The notes under the pieces: model-generated
Seen by the model: the letters and a program-made list of their open reading frames with translations, nothing else
Databases searched by the model: none
What the model was told of the DNA's origin: nothing
Part shown: positions 29,451 to 39,312 of the stretch, in pieces
How the letters are laid out: each line of letters starts with the position of its first letter
How positions within the stretch are numbered: position 1 is the stretch's first letter
Translations under genes and position numbers: made by a program
Assembly: GCA_965221905.1 (NCBI GenBank)
Contig: OZ244922.1
Span: 64,001-128,000 of the forward strand
From: Chloroflexota bacterium
Lineage (GTDB): Bacteria; Chloroflexota; UBA11872; VXOZ01
Reading direction: 5' to 3'
Length of the DNA stretch: 64,000 bases

Positions 29451-30263
29451 ATGAGTGTGCAACGCCAGGATTTGCTGCAGGGCACGGCTACTGCTGACGC
29501 CGTCACTGAATCGCTCCGCGCGGAACTTCGCGACGTTTCTTTTGGCTACCGCGAAGACCAACCGATCTTCAGCGGGTTTTCCTGGCAGATCACGCCCGGC
29601 GATGCTTGGGCGGTGATCGGCCCCTCAGGCTGCGGCAAGTCAACGCTGCTCTATCTCCTCACGGGGCTGCGCCAGCCCCAGGCAGGAAGTGTGCGTGTGG
29701 ACGGCGGGGCAGTGGGTAAACCGCACCCGGGCAGTATGACGGGACTGATCCTGCAGGACTACGGCCTGCTGCCGTGGGCGACGGTGTGGGACAATGTGCG
29801 CCTCGGCCTGCAGTTGCGCGGCGTGGCTCGCGCACAGCAGGAAGAGCAGGTCGCCTACTGGCTGGAGCGACTCGACATTGCCGCCCTCAGGGACCACTAC
29901 CCCGCGCAAATCTCCGGCGGCCAACGCCAGCGCGCGGCTATCGCCCGCACCCTTGTCTTCCAGCCGAATCTGCTGCTTATGGATGAACCGTTTAACTCGC
30001 TTGACGCCCTCACCCGCGAGCGCCTGCAGAACGTCGTCTTGGAATTGATCCAGGAACACGGCCTGACCACGGTGCTCGTGACGCACAATATCGAGGAAGC
30101 GGTCTTTCTGGGCCAGCGCGTGCTCGTGCTCGCGCAGCCGCCCACCGCCGCGACGGTGGTCTTCGAGAACCTCCACGACGAACCCCATGCCTATCGCTCC
30201 GCACCGGCTTTCTTAACCCAATGCACGGTGCTCCGCACGCAACTGGCCGGCTGGGATGAATGA
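29451..30263 (+). CDS. NitT/TauT-type ABC transporter ATP-binding protein
   Basis: GPSGCGKST, ISGGQRQR, LLMDEPF.SLDALTRE, VTH. Confidence 0.93.
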   Translation: MSVQRQDLLQGTATADAVTESLRAELRDVSFGYREDQPIFSGFSWQITPGDAWAVIGPSGCGKSTLLYLLTGLRQPQAGSVRVDGGAVGKPHPGSMTGLILQDYGLLPWATVWDNVRLGLQLRGVARAQQEEQVAYWLERLDIAALRDHYPAQISGGQRQRAAIARTLVFQPNLLLMDEPFNSLDALTRERLQNVVLELIQEHGLTTVLVTHNIEEAVFLGQRVLVLAQPPTAATVVFENLHDEPHAYRSAPAFLTQCTVLRTQLAGWDE

Positions 30264-30379
30264 GCTCTGCCCAGATTCCTCAAGGCAGTGCGCGGTATAC
30301 TAAGCTGGGTGAAGACGCATTTGTCGTCTCCGCACCATCGTCATTTTTCCCGCTCTGCACCTGACGCGTACTGATCTGG

Positions 30380-30555
30380 AGCGGGGGACAAGCCCCCATG
30401 CTACGCTTTGGCGGCAGTGGCTCCCAGGGGCGAGTAGTGAAATATCGCGGATACAAGCTTTGTCACTCCGGCGGATGCCGGAGCCTAGGCAGGCGGCGAG
30501 GATGGAATTCGTCCCCGCATTAAGTACGGGGTAGGCACTGCGCCAGACGTACGGA
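30380..30555. repeat. Cluster: B (30380-30404), D (30462-30487), degenerate reverse D with 24-bp module (30514-30537)
   Basis: agcgggggacaagcccccatgctac; gtcactccggcggatgccggagccta; cccgcattaagtacggggtaggca. Confidence 0.7.
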
Positions 30556-30754
30556 GCCGGGTGTACTCCGGTTCCAACCAAAATGACTGGATTGCATGAA
30601 CGTTCAACCTATACGCCGAAACTTACCAGAAAGTTGGTGCAGATCGATCACTCTCTTCCACGCCAATGACTGAACCTTCTAATTGGCCATGATATTTGCC
30701 GGCGCGTTAGAGCTTAGCCTATAGTCGCCAATCCCAGTTGCAATTGGATATACC

Positions 30755-31567
30755 ATGAAATCTATTCCGCACTACATAATGAGCAAGGACAACCCGCAGA
30801 TCAAGCGGGTGCGGGCGCTGCTGCAATCGTCGCGGCAGCGGCGGGAAGAGCGGGCGTTTGTCGTTGAGGGGGTGCGTCTGGTTGAGGAGGCGCTCGCTGC
30901 CGAACGGGTGTCCACGCTCTTCGTCTGCCCCGATTTGCTTGCCTCTCACGCGCGCAGCCGCGCATTCCTCGACAGTCTCCAAGACCATAGCAGCCGCCTC
31001 ACCATCCATGTTGAGCCAAGCGTTTTTGCGCCGCTGGCGGATACAGCCACGCCCCAGGGAGTGGTGGCGGTTTGCACAATGCCGCAGGAGACCACATTGG
31101 AGCCTCCGGTTGCGCTGGCGGTTTTGCTGGATGGTGTCCAGGATCCGGGAAATGCCGGGATGATTTTGCGCGCCGCCGCAGCCGCCAATGCCGACGCTGT
31201 GGTCTTTGGGCCCGGCAGCGTTGATCCGTATAATCCGAAGGTGCTGCGCGGGGCGATGGGCGGCCATTTTCGTACGGCGCTGCACGACGTTCGGGGCGAA
31301 GCCGCCGTACGCGCGTGCGCCGGCCTGTTTGCGCAACGCGTCGTGGCTTCGGCCCGGGACGGCGCGCGCTACGACACGATTGATTGGACCGAGCCGACCT
31401 TGCTGATCGTGGGCGCGGAGGCCCATGGAGCCAGCGAGCTGGGCAGCAGCCTGCAAACCGCCGCCGCATCGATTCCGCTGGCGAGGGGCATTGAGTCCCT
31501 CAACGTGGCGATGGCTGCGGGCGTCTTGCTCTTCGAGGCGGTGCGGCAAAGGCAGAGCGAATCATAG
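30755..31567 (+). CDS. TrmH/SpoU family RNA methyltransferase
   Basis: FVVEG, TPQGV, QDPGNAG.ILR, G.E.HG, ESLNVA.AA. Confidence 0.93.
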   Translation: MKSIPHYIMSKDNPQIKRVRALLQSSRQRREERAFVVEGVRLVEEALAAERVSTLFVCPDLLASHARSRAFLDSLQDHSSRLTIHVEPSVFAPLADTATPQGVVAVCTMPQETTLEPPVALAVLLDGVQDPGNAGMILRAAAAANADAVVFGPGSVDPYNPKVLRGAMGGHFRTALHDVRGEAAVRACAGLFAQRVVASARDGARYDTIDWTEPTLLIVGAEAHGASELGSSLQTAAASIPLARGIESLNVAMAAGVLLFEAVRQRQSES

Positions 31568-31684
31568 CCTAAAGGCGAACGCAGGCTAATTAGGAGTGAA
31601 GGCCGTGGTGGGGAGACAAGCGTTCGGACAGCAGAGTCGCGTGCCGCACGAAGCAATAGATGCTAGCAAAATGGATATTCGCGT

Positions 31685-32071
31685 ATGAACCAGGACTCTG
31701 TTTTCATCGAAGGCATGCGCTTAGCCGCGCACATTGGCGTATCGACAGAGGAGCGCGACACGCCGCAAGTGTTGCGCTTTGACATAACGCTCCTCTGCGA
31801 CCTGCGCCGCGCGGGCGCGAGCGACGACGTTAACGACTCAATCGACTACGGGGCAGTCTACCGGCAGGTTGTAGACGTGGTGGAGAGTACGCCATGTAAG
31901 CTCTTGGAATTCTTGGCTGCCCGCATCGCTGCCGCGCTGCTTGCGAAGTTTCCCGCGTGTAATGAGGTGCGCGTCCGCGTCGGCAAGCCAGCGCTCTTTC
32001 CTACCACGGGACGTTCGGGCATGCCGGGTGTGGAAATCGTCCGCCGCCGCGCCGAGATGAATTCCAGTTAG
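31685..32071 (+). CDS. folB: dihydroneopterin aldolase
   Basis: HIGV..EER..PQ, SDD...SIDY, LLE.LA, VRVGKP. Confidence 0.92.
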   Translation: MNQDSVFIEGMRLAAHIGVSTEERDTPQVLRFDITLLCDLRRAGASDDVNDSIDYGAVYRQVVDVVESTPCKLLEFLAARIAAALLAKFPACNEVRVRVGKPALFPTTGRSGMPGVEIVRRRAEMNSS

Positions 32072-32303
32072 CCAACTAAAGCGGGCGAGCGCAGACTTGT
32101 GCCCGTTGCAGGCGAAGTGCTCTGCCACGCCTTACGTATAGTAAGGTGCAATTGACTATGCCAACAAGGATAGACAGCGATAGCTTGACAGTTACAGATC
32201 AGCTATCTATGCTGGGAGTGGATCATGCTCGGCCACGCTGGCAAAAGGGAGCCTAGATACACGACAGGCTGACGGCAAGGCAATACCCAAGGGAGAGAAG
32301 GCA

Positions 32304-33275
32304 ATGACTCAACTACCATCTGAAGGCACACCTCCGTCGAGCGTCGGGGCGACGACACCATCCGACCAATTCTTCCACAACGCCACGCTTGGCCTGAACC
32401 ATTGGTGGCGGTGGGTTCTGGGCTTCATCGCCATCGTCCTCATATGGATAGGTGTTGGGAGTATTGTTCTGATTCTCGCAGGATGCGCATTCTTGGAAAG
32501 CGCCAACCCCTTTGGGCTGTCGTGTTCGGCCGAAACGGGAGTCACAGGTGAGGGATCGCTTCTAGCCCAGCTCGCCCTGGGTGGGACAGGGTTCGTAATA
32601 GGGCTCATCGGTCTTTGGGCCGTGGTTAAGCTGATCCACAAGAAAAACTTGATGCAGGTGGTCACCGGAAGAGCATCATTCGGCTACAGCCGCTACCTAA
32701 GCGGCATGTTAGCAGCGCTGTTCATTTCTATCGTGATACTCCTTGCCAATATATTCATCCTTCAAACGGAGGTCACGTTTCAGGCGCCCAACTGGGGGTA
32801 TCTGCACTTTCTGCTGTTCGCAGTCGTCTTCGTTCCTATTCAAACCGGCTTTGAGGAGTTATTCTTCCGCGGGTACATACTGCATGGCTTAATCCAGTTA
32901 GTGAAGAACAAGCTCGTGCTCGCCATCTTAACTGGGATTATCTTTGCGCTTCCCCACCTTACCAATCCGGAAGCGTCGGAGTTCGGGATTGCGACTTTCG
33001 TAATTGCGTTGACGTCTTCAGGCATATTCTTTGCGCTAATAACCATGCTCGATGGTGGCATAGAGTTAGCGATGGGCTACCATGCGATGAGCAATCTCTT
33101 CATGGGTCTGGTAGCGAACACTGAAGTCGCGGTGATTGAAACACCTTCGCTGTTGGTAATCCACACAGAGGGATACGCGCTGTTCCCCAATGTCTTCATG
33201 GAAGTCCTCGGTCTTGCGCTGGCAGTGGTAATCCTTAACTACAAGTACAAGTGGTTCAAGCTAGGGAATAGGTAA
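32304..33275 (+). CDS. CPBP family intramembrane metalloprotease (CAAX protease/Abi)
   Basis: EELFFRGY, FALPH..NPE, H...N; multiple TM helices; visibly lower GC than neighbours. Confidence 0.9.
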   Translation: MTQLPSEGTPPSSVGATTPSDQFFHNATLGLNHWWRWVLGFIAIVLIWIGVGSIVLILAGCAFLESANPFGLSCSAETGVTGEGSLLAQLALGGTGFVIGLIGLWAVVKLIHKKNLMQVVTGRASFGYSRYLSGMLAALFISIVILLANIFILQTEVTFQAPNWGYLHFLLFAVVFVPIQTGFEELFFRGYILHGLIQLVKNKLVLAILTGIIFALPHLTNPEASEFGIATFVIALTSSGIFFALITMLDGGIELAMGYHAMSNLFMGLVANTEVAVIETPSLLVIHTEGYALFPNVFMEVLGLALAVVILNYKYKWFKLGNR

Positions 33276-33600
33276 CTAACCCGAGGCTATATAGTTCGAG
33301 AACTGTCGTCGGCAGTCGCAGATGGCGCCTCGGGATGCAGAGCAGATGATTTGGGCGCCGGTCACAGAGCGTTGAGATCTGAAGCCTGCCGGAGACTCCT
33401 GACTTAATGTCCCTACTCCACTGACTTTGGAGCGGTGATCGCCTTGCGCGGTATTGTTTGTAAGTTTCTCAACCCGGCGGCTCGCCCTGCTAGCCTTGGG
33501 GTCTTGGAAGGCAAAGTACAAGAACTCGGTGCTCTGACTGCGCCTCCGCGCTGCAGCGCTTGCAGGGACAGCGAAGAGTTAAGGAGCGACAATGAGAGTG

Positions 33601-34284
33601 TTACTCTGCTCCAAGTATCCCATCCAGCACACGCTGGAACTCGGCCACCGGTTTCCCGCCTTCGAAGACCTCCACGATGCGGTGCTCTGCATCGAGCAGA
33701 TAGGTCGTGGGGAACGACCTAATCTGATAGGCAGTGCCGACCTGAATGCTGGGGTCGAAGAGCAGCGGGTAGGTGACGTTGTACTCCTCTTGGAACCACT
33801 TGAGGTCGTCCATGGTGATGCGGGGTTCCGGGACAAGTTTACTCTTGGCCGGATAATCCTTGCCGAATGGCGTCGCGCTAATTGAAACGATGTGCACCCG
33901 GTCGCCGTACTGGGCATGGATTTGATTGAGGCGCGGCGCTTCTTCCTGGCAGTGCGGGCACCACGGGGCAAAGAAAGACACGACCACCGGCTTGCCCTTC
34001 AAGGACTCGAGGCTTATCGTCTCACCCTCAGTGTCTTCCAGCGAAAAACCGGGAGCAGTCGCGCCGACTTCCAGGGCCTTAGGTTGTTGAGATTCGCCCA
34101 TGTCCTCCGTAGGCAGCGGGCTGCCGGCCGGCTGGGGCTGCCCAACCAAGCCGGGCAAGACCGTGGGTACCACAAGCGCCAGGACGCCAAGCACTACCAC
34201 CACCGGAATGATCCACTTCCGCCATGCGCGTGCTATAGGCCTTCGGCTCTGTGGATTGCGTTTCTTCCCCTTCGCTCGCGCCAT
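33601..34284 (-). CDS. membrane-anchored TlpA/redoxin family thiol-disulfide oxidoreductase
   Basis: N-terminal TM, APGFSL, FFAPWCPHC, FPTTYLLD. Confidence 0.9.
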   Translation of the reverse strand: MARAKGKKRNPQSRRPIARAWRKWIIPVVVVLGVLALVVPTVLPGLVGQPQPAGSPLPTEDMGESQQPKALEVGATAPGFSLEDTEGETISLESLKGKPVVVSFFAPWCPHCQEEAPRLNQIHAQYGDRVHIVSISATPFGKDYPAKSKLVPEPRITMDDLKWFQEEYNVTYPLLFDPSIQVGTAYQIRSFPTTYLLDAEHRIVEVFEGGKPVAEFQRVLDGILGAE

Positions 34285-34330
34285 AGTACTTTCCTCTCAA
34301 ACTGCGGCCTTTGAGAATTCCATTTGTGCG

Positions 34331-34735
34331 CTACGGGAACCACTTCAGGATTGCCACCACCACACCGCCTGCCGCGATCGCTAACCCTGCCAGTTGTATC
34401 GTCTGACGATTCAGCCGTTGTTCAAGCCGTAACTCCAGGTCTTTCAGCTCGGTCTTGAAGTCGGCACGCACGGCGGCGATGTCTGCCGCAGTCGCGCGTG
34501 CTAGCTCTTGAATATCGTCCTTGGTCGCGCGTGCCAGGTCTTGGATATCGGCTTTGATCGTGCGTGCTAAGTCTTGAATATCGGCCGAGGTCGTTTGTGC
34601 CAGTTCTTGAACGTCGGCTTTGGTTGCCAGCGCGTCACGCGAATCACCCATCGTCTCAATCAAGGCTTCTGCTTGGGTCTCGCTGAAACCTGCACCCGTG
34701 AGCGTCTTTACCGCCTTGTGGGTGTCTACACTCAT
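34331..34735 (-). CDS. DUF1640/CCDC90-like coiled-coil protein with C-terminal TM anchor
   Basis: DTH..VK.L..AGFSE.QAEA, LATKAD, five 11-aa repeats, hydrophobic C-terminus. Confidence 0.8.
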   Translation of the reverse strand: MSVDTHKAVKTLTGAGFSETQAEALIETMGDSRDALATKADVQELAQTTSADIQDLARTIKADIQDLARATKDDIQELARATAADIAAVRADFKTELKDLELRLEQRLNRQTIQLAGLAIAAGGVVVAILKWFP

Positions 34736-35002
34736 TTGCTTGCTCTCTCAGCTTGCAATGTAATTGGCTTCGTCGGCCAACTATCCGGATGTGTCCCACA
34801 CGCCCCTGGATACGTCTTCACGCGCTGCCGGCTTTCTTGCCAAAGGAAAATCCACCCTTATCCGCATACTGCCGCAGAAGGCGCGACTCTGTCAATCCAA
34901 ACGAGCGCAACTCGATACCTGGCGGCCCTAAGAGATAGTGGAAATGCAGCGGCAAATTGAATTGCCGCACGGCAGCCTTGGGGAACGGTATTGAGAATGG
35001 CG

Positions 35003-37501
35003 CTAAGTAAAGAGAGCGCGTTGCCGATTGCCGGGCTTGGGGATCAGGGTCACGCCGGCTACGGTGTCTTCCTCAGCGCGCATGCGCATGACGATAACGC
35101 CCCGGGCCGTCCGGCCGACCTTTTTTATCTCGGTCAGCGGCACGCGCGTAATCTGACCCTTGCGCGTAATCAGGCAGATTTCGTCGTCATCGGGCGTGAC
35201 AATGCGACCGCCAATCACCGGCCCGCTCTTCTCATCTACCTTCAGGGCGATGATGCCTTTGCCGCCCCGGGATTGCACGCGAAACTCCTCGATGTCCACC
35301 TGCTTACCGTACCCATGCTCGGTGATGAGGAGCGCGCGGCTCTCCGGATCGACCAGCGCCATGCCGACGACACGATCGCCATCGCGGAGCGAGATTCCGT
35401 TCACGCCGCCAGCGGTACGCGAATGGGCCGTAATGTTCGCTTCAGGGAAGCGGATACTTTGCCCTTGCGCTGTAAAGAGGATGACTTCTTGCTTGCCGTC
35501 TGTGAGAATTGCCGTGAACAACGCATCGTCGTCAGCCACGTTCATCGCGATCACGCCGTTTGTGCGGGCGTTCGCGAAGTCGCTGAGGCGCGTGCGCTTT
35601 ATTTGACCTTGCAGCGACACCATCGTAATGTAGGCGCCGTCGGCTGCTTCGAATGAAGGTACCGGCACAATGGCGGTGATGTGCTCTCCGCGCGTGATTC
35701 CTTGGAGGAGATTTACCATGTTCTGACCGCGCGAGGTGCGGCTGCCCTCGGGTATCCCATAGGCGCGCAGGGTGAAAGCGCGCCCGCGGTCGCTGACAAT
35801 GAGCATCCAATCGTGGGAATCGACCAATAGGAATTCTTGCACGGCATCGGACGCGCGGGTCGAAACGCCGATGATGCCCTTGCCGCCGCGCCGCTGGGCC
35901 TGAAAGTCGCCCGCGGGCTGGCGCTTCACGTAGCCGCGCTCGGTGAGGGTGATCAGCACGTCCTCTTTGGGCACCAAGTCTTCCTGCGAGAAGCTGGAAT
36001 CGGCATATTCGGAAATGACCGTGCGGCGCTTGTCGCCGAATTTGTCCTTGAGGGCGGCAAGTTCCTGCTTGATGATGATGAAGACTTCACCAACGTCGCC
36101 GAGGATGGTCTCCAGGCGCGCAATTGTTTGCTTGACTTGCTCATACTCGTCCAGGATAGCCTGGCGCTCCATGGCGGCCAGCCGGCGCAACTCCATTGCC
36201 AATACCGCATTGGCCTGTCTTTCACTGAGGTCGAAGCCCCGCTGCAAGTTGTTGCGTGCCGTCTGGGCGTTGCGGGACTTGCGGATGGTTGCGATGACCT
36301 CGTCCAGGTTATCCAGCGCAATGCGTAGGCCGATCAAGATGTGGGCGCGGTCGCGGGCGCGCTCAAGCTCGTATTGCGTGCGCCGCGTGACGACATTCTG
36401 ACGAAAGCGGATGTATTCGCGCAGCAGGGCCTTAAGGCTGAGCACGCGCGGTTGCTGGTCCACCAGTGCCAGCATGTTGCAGTAGAATGACGACTGCATT
36501 GCCGTGTGCTGGTAGAGGTGGTTGAGTACCTGTTGCGGGAAGGCGTCACGACGCAATTCGATTACCATGCGCATGCCGGAGCGGTCGGACTCATCCCGCA
36601 GTTCGCTAATGCCCTCGAGTTTCTTTTCACGCACTAACTGCGCCATGCGTTCCAGCAGGGTCGCTTTGTTGACCTGGTACGGCAGTTCTGTGACGATGAT
36701 CTGGAACCGGTTGCCGCGCATCTCCTCGATGCGCGCCTTCGCTCGCACGATGACGCGGCCGCGTCCCGTGGCGTAGGCTTCCCGTATGCCTTCGGTGCCG
36801 ATAATCGTGCCTGCGGTGGGGAAGTCCGGTCCGTGGACGAACTGCATCAGGTCTTCCACGCCAACGTCGTCCTCATGCCCCACGGCTATCTTGTCCGTGA
36901 GGAAAGTGAGCGCGTCTATCACCTCGACCAAGTTATGCGGCGGGATGTTGGTAGCCATGCCCACGGCGATGCCCGTTGCGCCGTTGACGAGCAGATTCGG
37001 CACTTTGCTGGGCAAAACCGTTGGTTCTTTCAGCGTATCGTCGAAGTTGCTGCTGAAGTCTACCGTTTCTTTATCGATGTCGGCCAGCATTTCCATCGCC
37101 AGGGAATGCAGGCGCGCCTCGGTGTAGCGCATGGCGGCGGGCGGATCGCCGTCCACGGACCCGTAGTTCCCCTGGCCGTCAATCAAGGGGTAGCGCATGC
37201 TAAACGTCTGCGCCATGCGCACCATGGCGTCGTAGATGGGCTCATTGCTGTGAGGATGGAAGCGCCCCATGGTGTCACCGACGATACGCGCGCTCTTCTT
37301 GTATGCCGTGCCCGGGCGGGCATTGAGCTCTTGCATGGAGTAGAGAATGCGCCGCTGCACGGGCTTAAGGCCGTCGCGCACGTCCGGCAACGCCCGGGAG
37401 ACGATGACACTCATGGCGTAGTCCAAGTACGCCGACTGCATCTGGTCTTCGATATTGACCGGACTTACAGCTTCGATGTTGGGGTCAAGGGCATCTGCCA
37501 T
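35003..37501 (-). CDS. gyrA: DNA gyrase subunit A
   Basis: [22 protein letters not shown] (catalytic Tyr), [14 protein letters not shown], GyrA-box QRRGGKG, CTD blades. Confidence 0.97.
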   Translation of the reverse strand: MADALDPNIEAVSPVNIEDQMQSAYLDYAMSVIVSRALPDVRDGLKPVQRRILYSMQELNARPGTAYKKSARIVGDTMGRFHPHSNEPIYDAMVRMAQTFSMRYPLIDGQGNYGSVDGDPPAAMRYTEARLHSLAMEMLADIDKETVDFSSNFDDTLKEPTVLPSKVPNLLVNGATGIAVGMATNIPPHNLVEVIDALTFLTDKIAVGHEDDVGVEDLMQFVHGPDFPTAGTIIGTEGIREAYATGRGRVIVRAKARIEEMRGNRFQIIVTELPYQVNKATLLERMAQLVREKKLEGISELRDESDRSGMRMVIELRRDAFPQQVLNHLYQHTAMQSSFYCNMLALVDQQPRVLSLKALLREYIRFRQNVVTRRTQYELERARDRAHILIGLRIALDNLDEVIATIRKSRNAQTARNNLQRGFDLSERQANAVLAMELRRLAAMERQAILDEYEQVKQTIARLETILGDVGEVFIIIKQELAALKDKFGDKRRTVISEYADSSFSQEDLVPKEDVLITLTERGYVKRQPAGDFQAQRRGGKGIIGVSTRASDAVQEFLLVDSHDWMLIVSDRGRAFTLRAYGIPEGSRTSRGQNMVNLLQGITRGEHITAIVPVPSFEAADGAYITMVSLQGQIKRTRLSDFANARTNGVIAMNVADDDALFTAILTDGKQEVILFTAQGQSIRFPEANITAHSRTAGGVNGISLRDGDRVVGMALVDPESRALLITEHGYGKQVDIEEFRVQSRGGKGIIALKVDEKSGPVIGGRIVTPDDDEICLITRKGQITRVPLTEIKKVGRTARGVIVMRMRAEEDTVAGVTLIPKPGNRQRALFT

Positions 37502-37594
37502 ACTCTCTCCTTGCGGTCAGGAAGGGCAATCGCGGTTCTACTTTCCTGTAGTCCTGAAACTGCTCTGACATTGCTGTGAAAGCAGGTATTTTCG

Positions 37595-37774
37595 GCTGCC
37601 TTCGTCAAAGGTCCGATGTCGCTCTGGTAGCGTAGGTTTGAAACCTGCGCCCGCTGCCTTCGTCAGAGGCCCGGTTTCGCTCCGGTAGCGTAGGTTTGAA
37701 ACCTGCGCCCGCTACCTTCGTCAGAGGCCCGGTTTCGTTCCGGTAGCGTAGGTTTGAAATCTGCGCCCGCTGCC
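37595..37774. repeat. Tandem array of a 58-bp unit (three copies plus partial), each containing a family H GTAG hairpin
   Basis: Units start at 37595, 37653, 37711, 37769; core gtagcgtaggtttgaaacctgcgc. Confidence 0.9.
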
Positions 37775-37829
37775 GTCTCTCCGGCGCAAGCGGGACTTCA
37801 CCTGCTCTGTGCCACTCGGCTCCGTCCCA

Positions 37830-37852
37830 AGCGGGGGACAAGCCCCGCGCTA
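37830..37852. repeat. Family B copy
   Basis: agcgggggacaagccccgcgcta. Confidence 0.7.
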
Positions 37853-38137
37853 TTCTGTCTATCTGAAATTGCACGTGGTCTGCGACCCACGACCTTAACC
37901 TCCGCACAAGCGAGCGCGGCGATTAGGAGATCGCCGATTTCATCTTTCGTATGCGGTCTGCCAAGACCAGGGGGTGCTTCCGGTACTTCTAGGAAACCAG
38001 GGTCCTCGTCTCTTCGCAGATTGCTCCGGTCGCAGCCACTGCCGGTATGCCTGCGCTGCGTTGTCCCAAGGCTGCACTGAATAAATAAAGGCCGGAAAGA
38101 CGGAGTCGGTACGCTACGTGTCGTGGTGCTTGCCAGA

Positions 38138-38361
38138 CTAGAAGCTATCTCATAAATCGGTTCGATAGCCAATTTGTGCTTCGACAAGGGCTTCGCGCAG
38201 CACTCAGCACGAACGGATTCTTGCCTTTTCCGTTCGCCCCCGTATCGTGTCGATACGCTGTATCGAGTACGGGGCAGGCTCTGAGCCTGCCTGTCCTGAG
38301 CTTGTCGAAGGGTCGAAGGGCAGGTCTACACCCAGCGATGTATTTGTGAGGCAAGTTCTAG
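38138..38361. mobile_element. MITE-like element with CTAG at both ends, containing inverted family F repeats
   Basis: ctagaagctatctcataaat ... atttgtgaggcaagttctag (15/20 inverted match). Confidence 0.55.
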
Positions 38362-38367
38362 AAACCC

Positions 38368-38895
38368 TTAGCCGCCGTTCGTGGCCCCAGCGGTATCCGC
38401 CGCAACGTAGTCGCCGGTCCGGCCGCCGCTCTTGTGCCGCAGATGCACGTTTTCAATGCGCATACCTTTGTCCACGGCTTTGCACATGTCGTAGATCGTT
38501 AGGGCGGCGACGCTGACGGCGGTCAGCGCTTCCATCTCCACGCCGGTCTTGCCGGTGGTGCGCACGGTGGCCTCAATTCGCACACAGCTCTGTTCGGCGT
38601 CCACGCTGAAGTCCATGTCCACGCCGCTCAGCGGCAAGGGATGGCACATTGGCACCAGTTGCCAGGTGGACTTGGCTGCCATGATGCCCGCCACTTGCGC
38701 GACCGCCAGCACGTTGCCCTTCTTGAGCGGGCCGGTCTCGTCTGCCGGCGCTGCTTGCTGTTGCCGGATCAACCCCAGTGTCTCCGGCAGCATAGCTACC
38801 GTACCCTGTGCCGTTGCCTCGCGTGCTGTGTCCGGCTTCTGCCCCACGTCTACCATGCGGGGTAAACCGGACTTATTGAAATGCGTAAATGCCAC
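38368..38895 (-). CDS. moaC: cyclic pyranopterin monophosphate synthase MoaC
   Basis: MVDVG.K..T.R.A.A, KKGNVL.VA..AGIMAAK, PMCHPL, TGVEMEALTAVS.AALTIYDMCKA. Confidence 0.97.
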   Translation of the reverse strand: MAFTHFNKSGLPRMVDVGQKPDTAREATAQGTVAMLPETLGLIRQQQAAPADETGPLKKGNVLAVAQVAGIMAAKSTWQLVPMCHPLPLSGVDMDFSVDAEQSCVRIEATVRTTGKTGVEMEALTAVSVAALTIYDMCKAVDKGMRIENVHLRHKSGGRTGDYVAADTAGATNGG

Positions 38896-39312
38896 GGCAA
38901 GAATCGCCTTGTTGCCTTATGTGGTGGGCTAATTCCATTATACCATTGCCTTGTGATTCCTGCCCTGACTCTTGATTCTGGAAGCGGCATACGGCGCGAG
39001 CTTTTTGCGCGTTGATCATTGTCTGTACGGCGCCGAATTGCATGGGCGGAAGTGATGCAGTGATTCAGAATTTCAGGCCGTGAGGATGGCATTACGCTTG
39101 TACGACAGCCGCGAAGGACGAGCGGCGACTTTCGCATTACTGCTCTCGTAACACAGCTCTTGCTCGTGTAGACGCGTATGCGGCAGGTGGGGCTATACTA
39201 GGCGTGAGAGCGGTATGGGATATCGCAACTGAGGGAATGGGAATCTGGGAGCGGCGAGTTGTGCGTGCCGGCTCCCAGTAGAAGCAATGCTAGCGCATAG
39301 AGGATAAGAACC

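Noticed and set aside
37595-37774. Possible CRISPR array (regular period, palindromic core)
   Set aside because: The intervening sequences are near-identical rather than unique spacers, there are no cas genes, and the core is a dispersed REP-like repeat.
38896-39312. Moco riboswitch upstream of moaC
   Set aside because: I could not recognise the conserved motif by eye; a covariance-model search would be needed.
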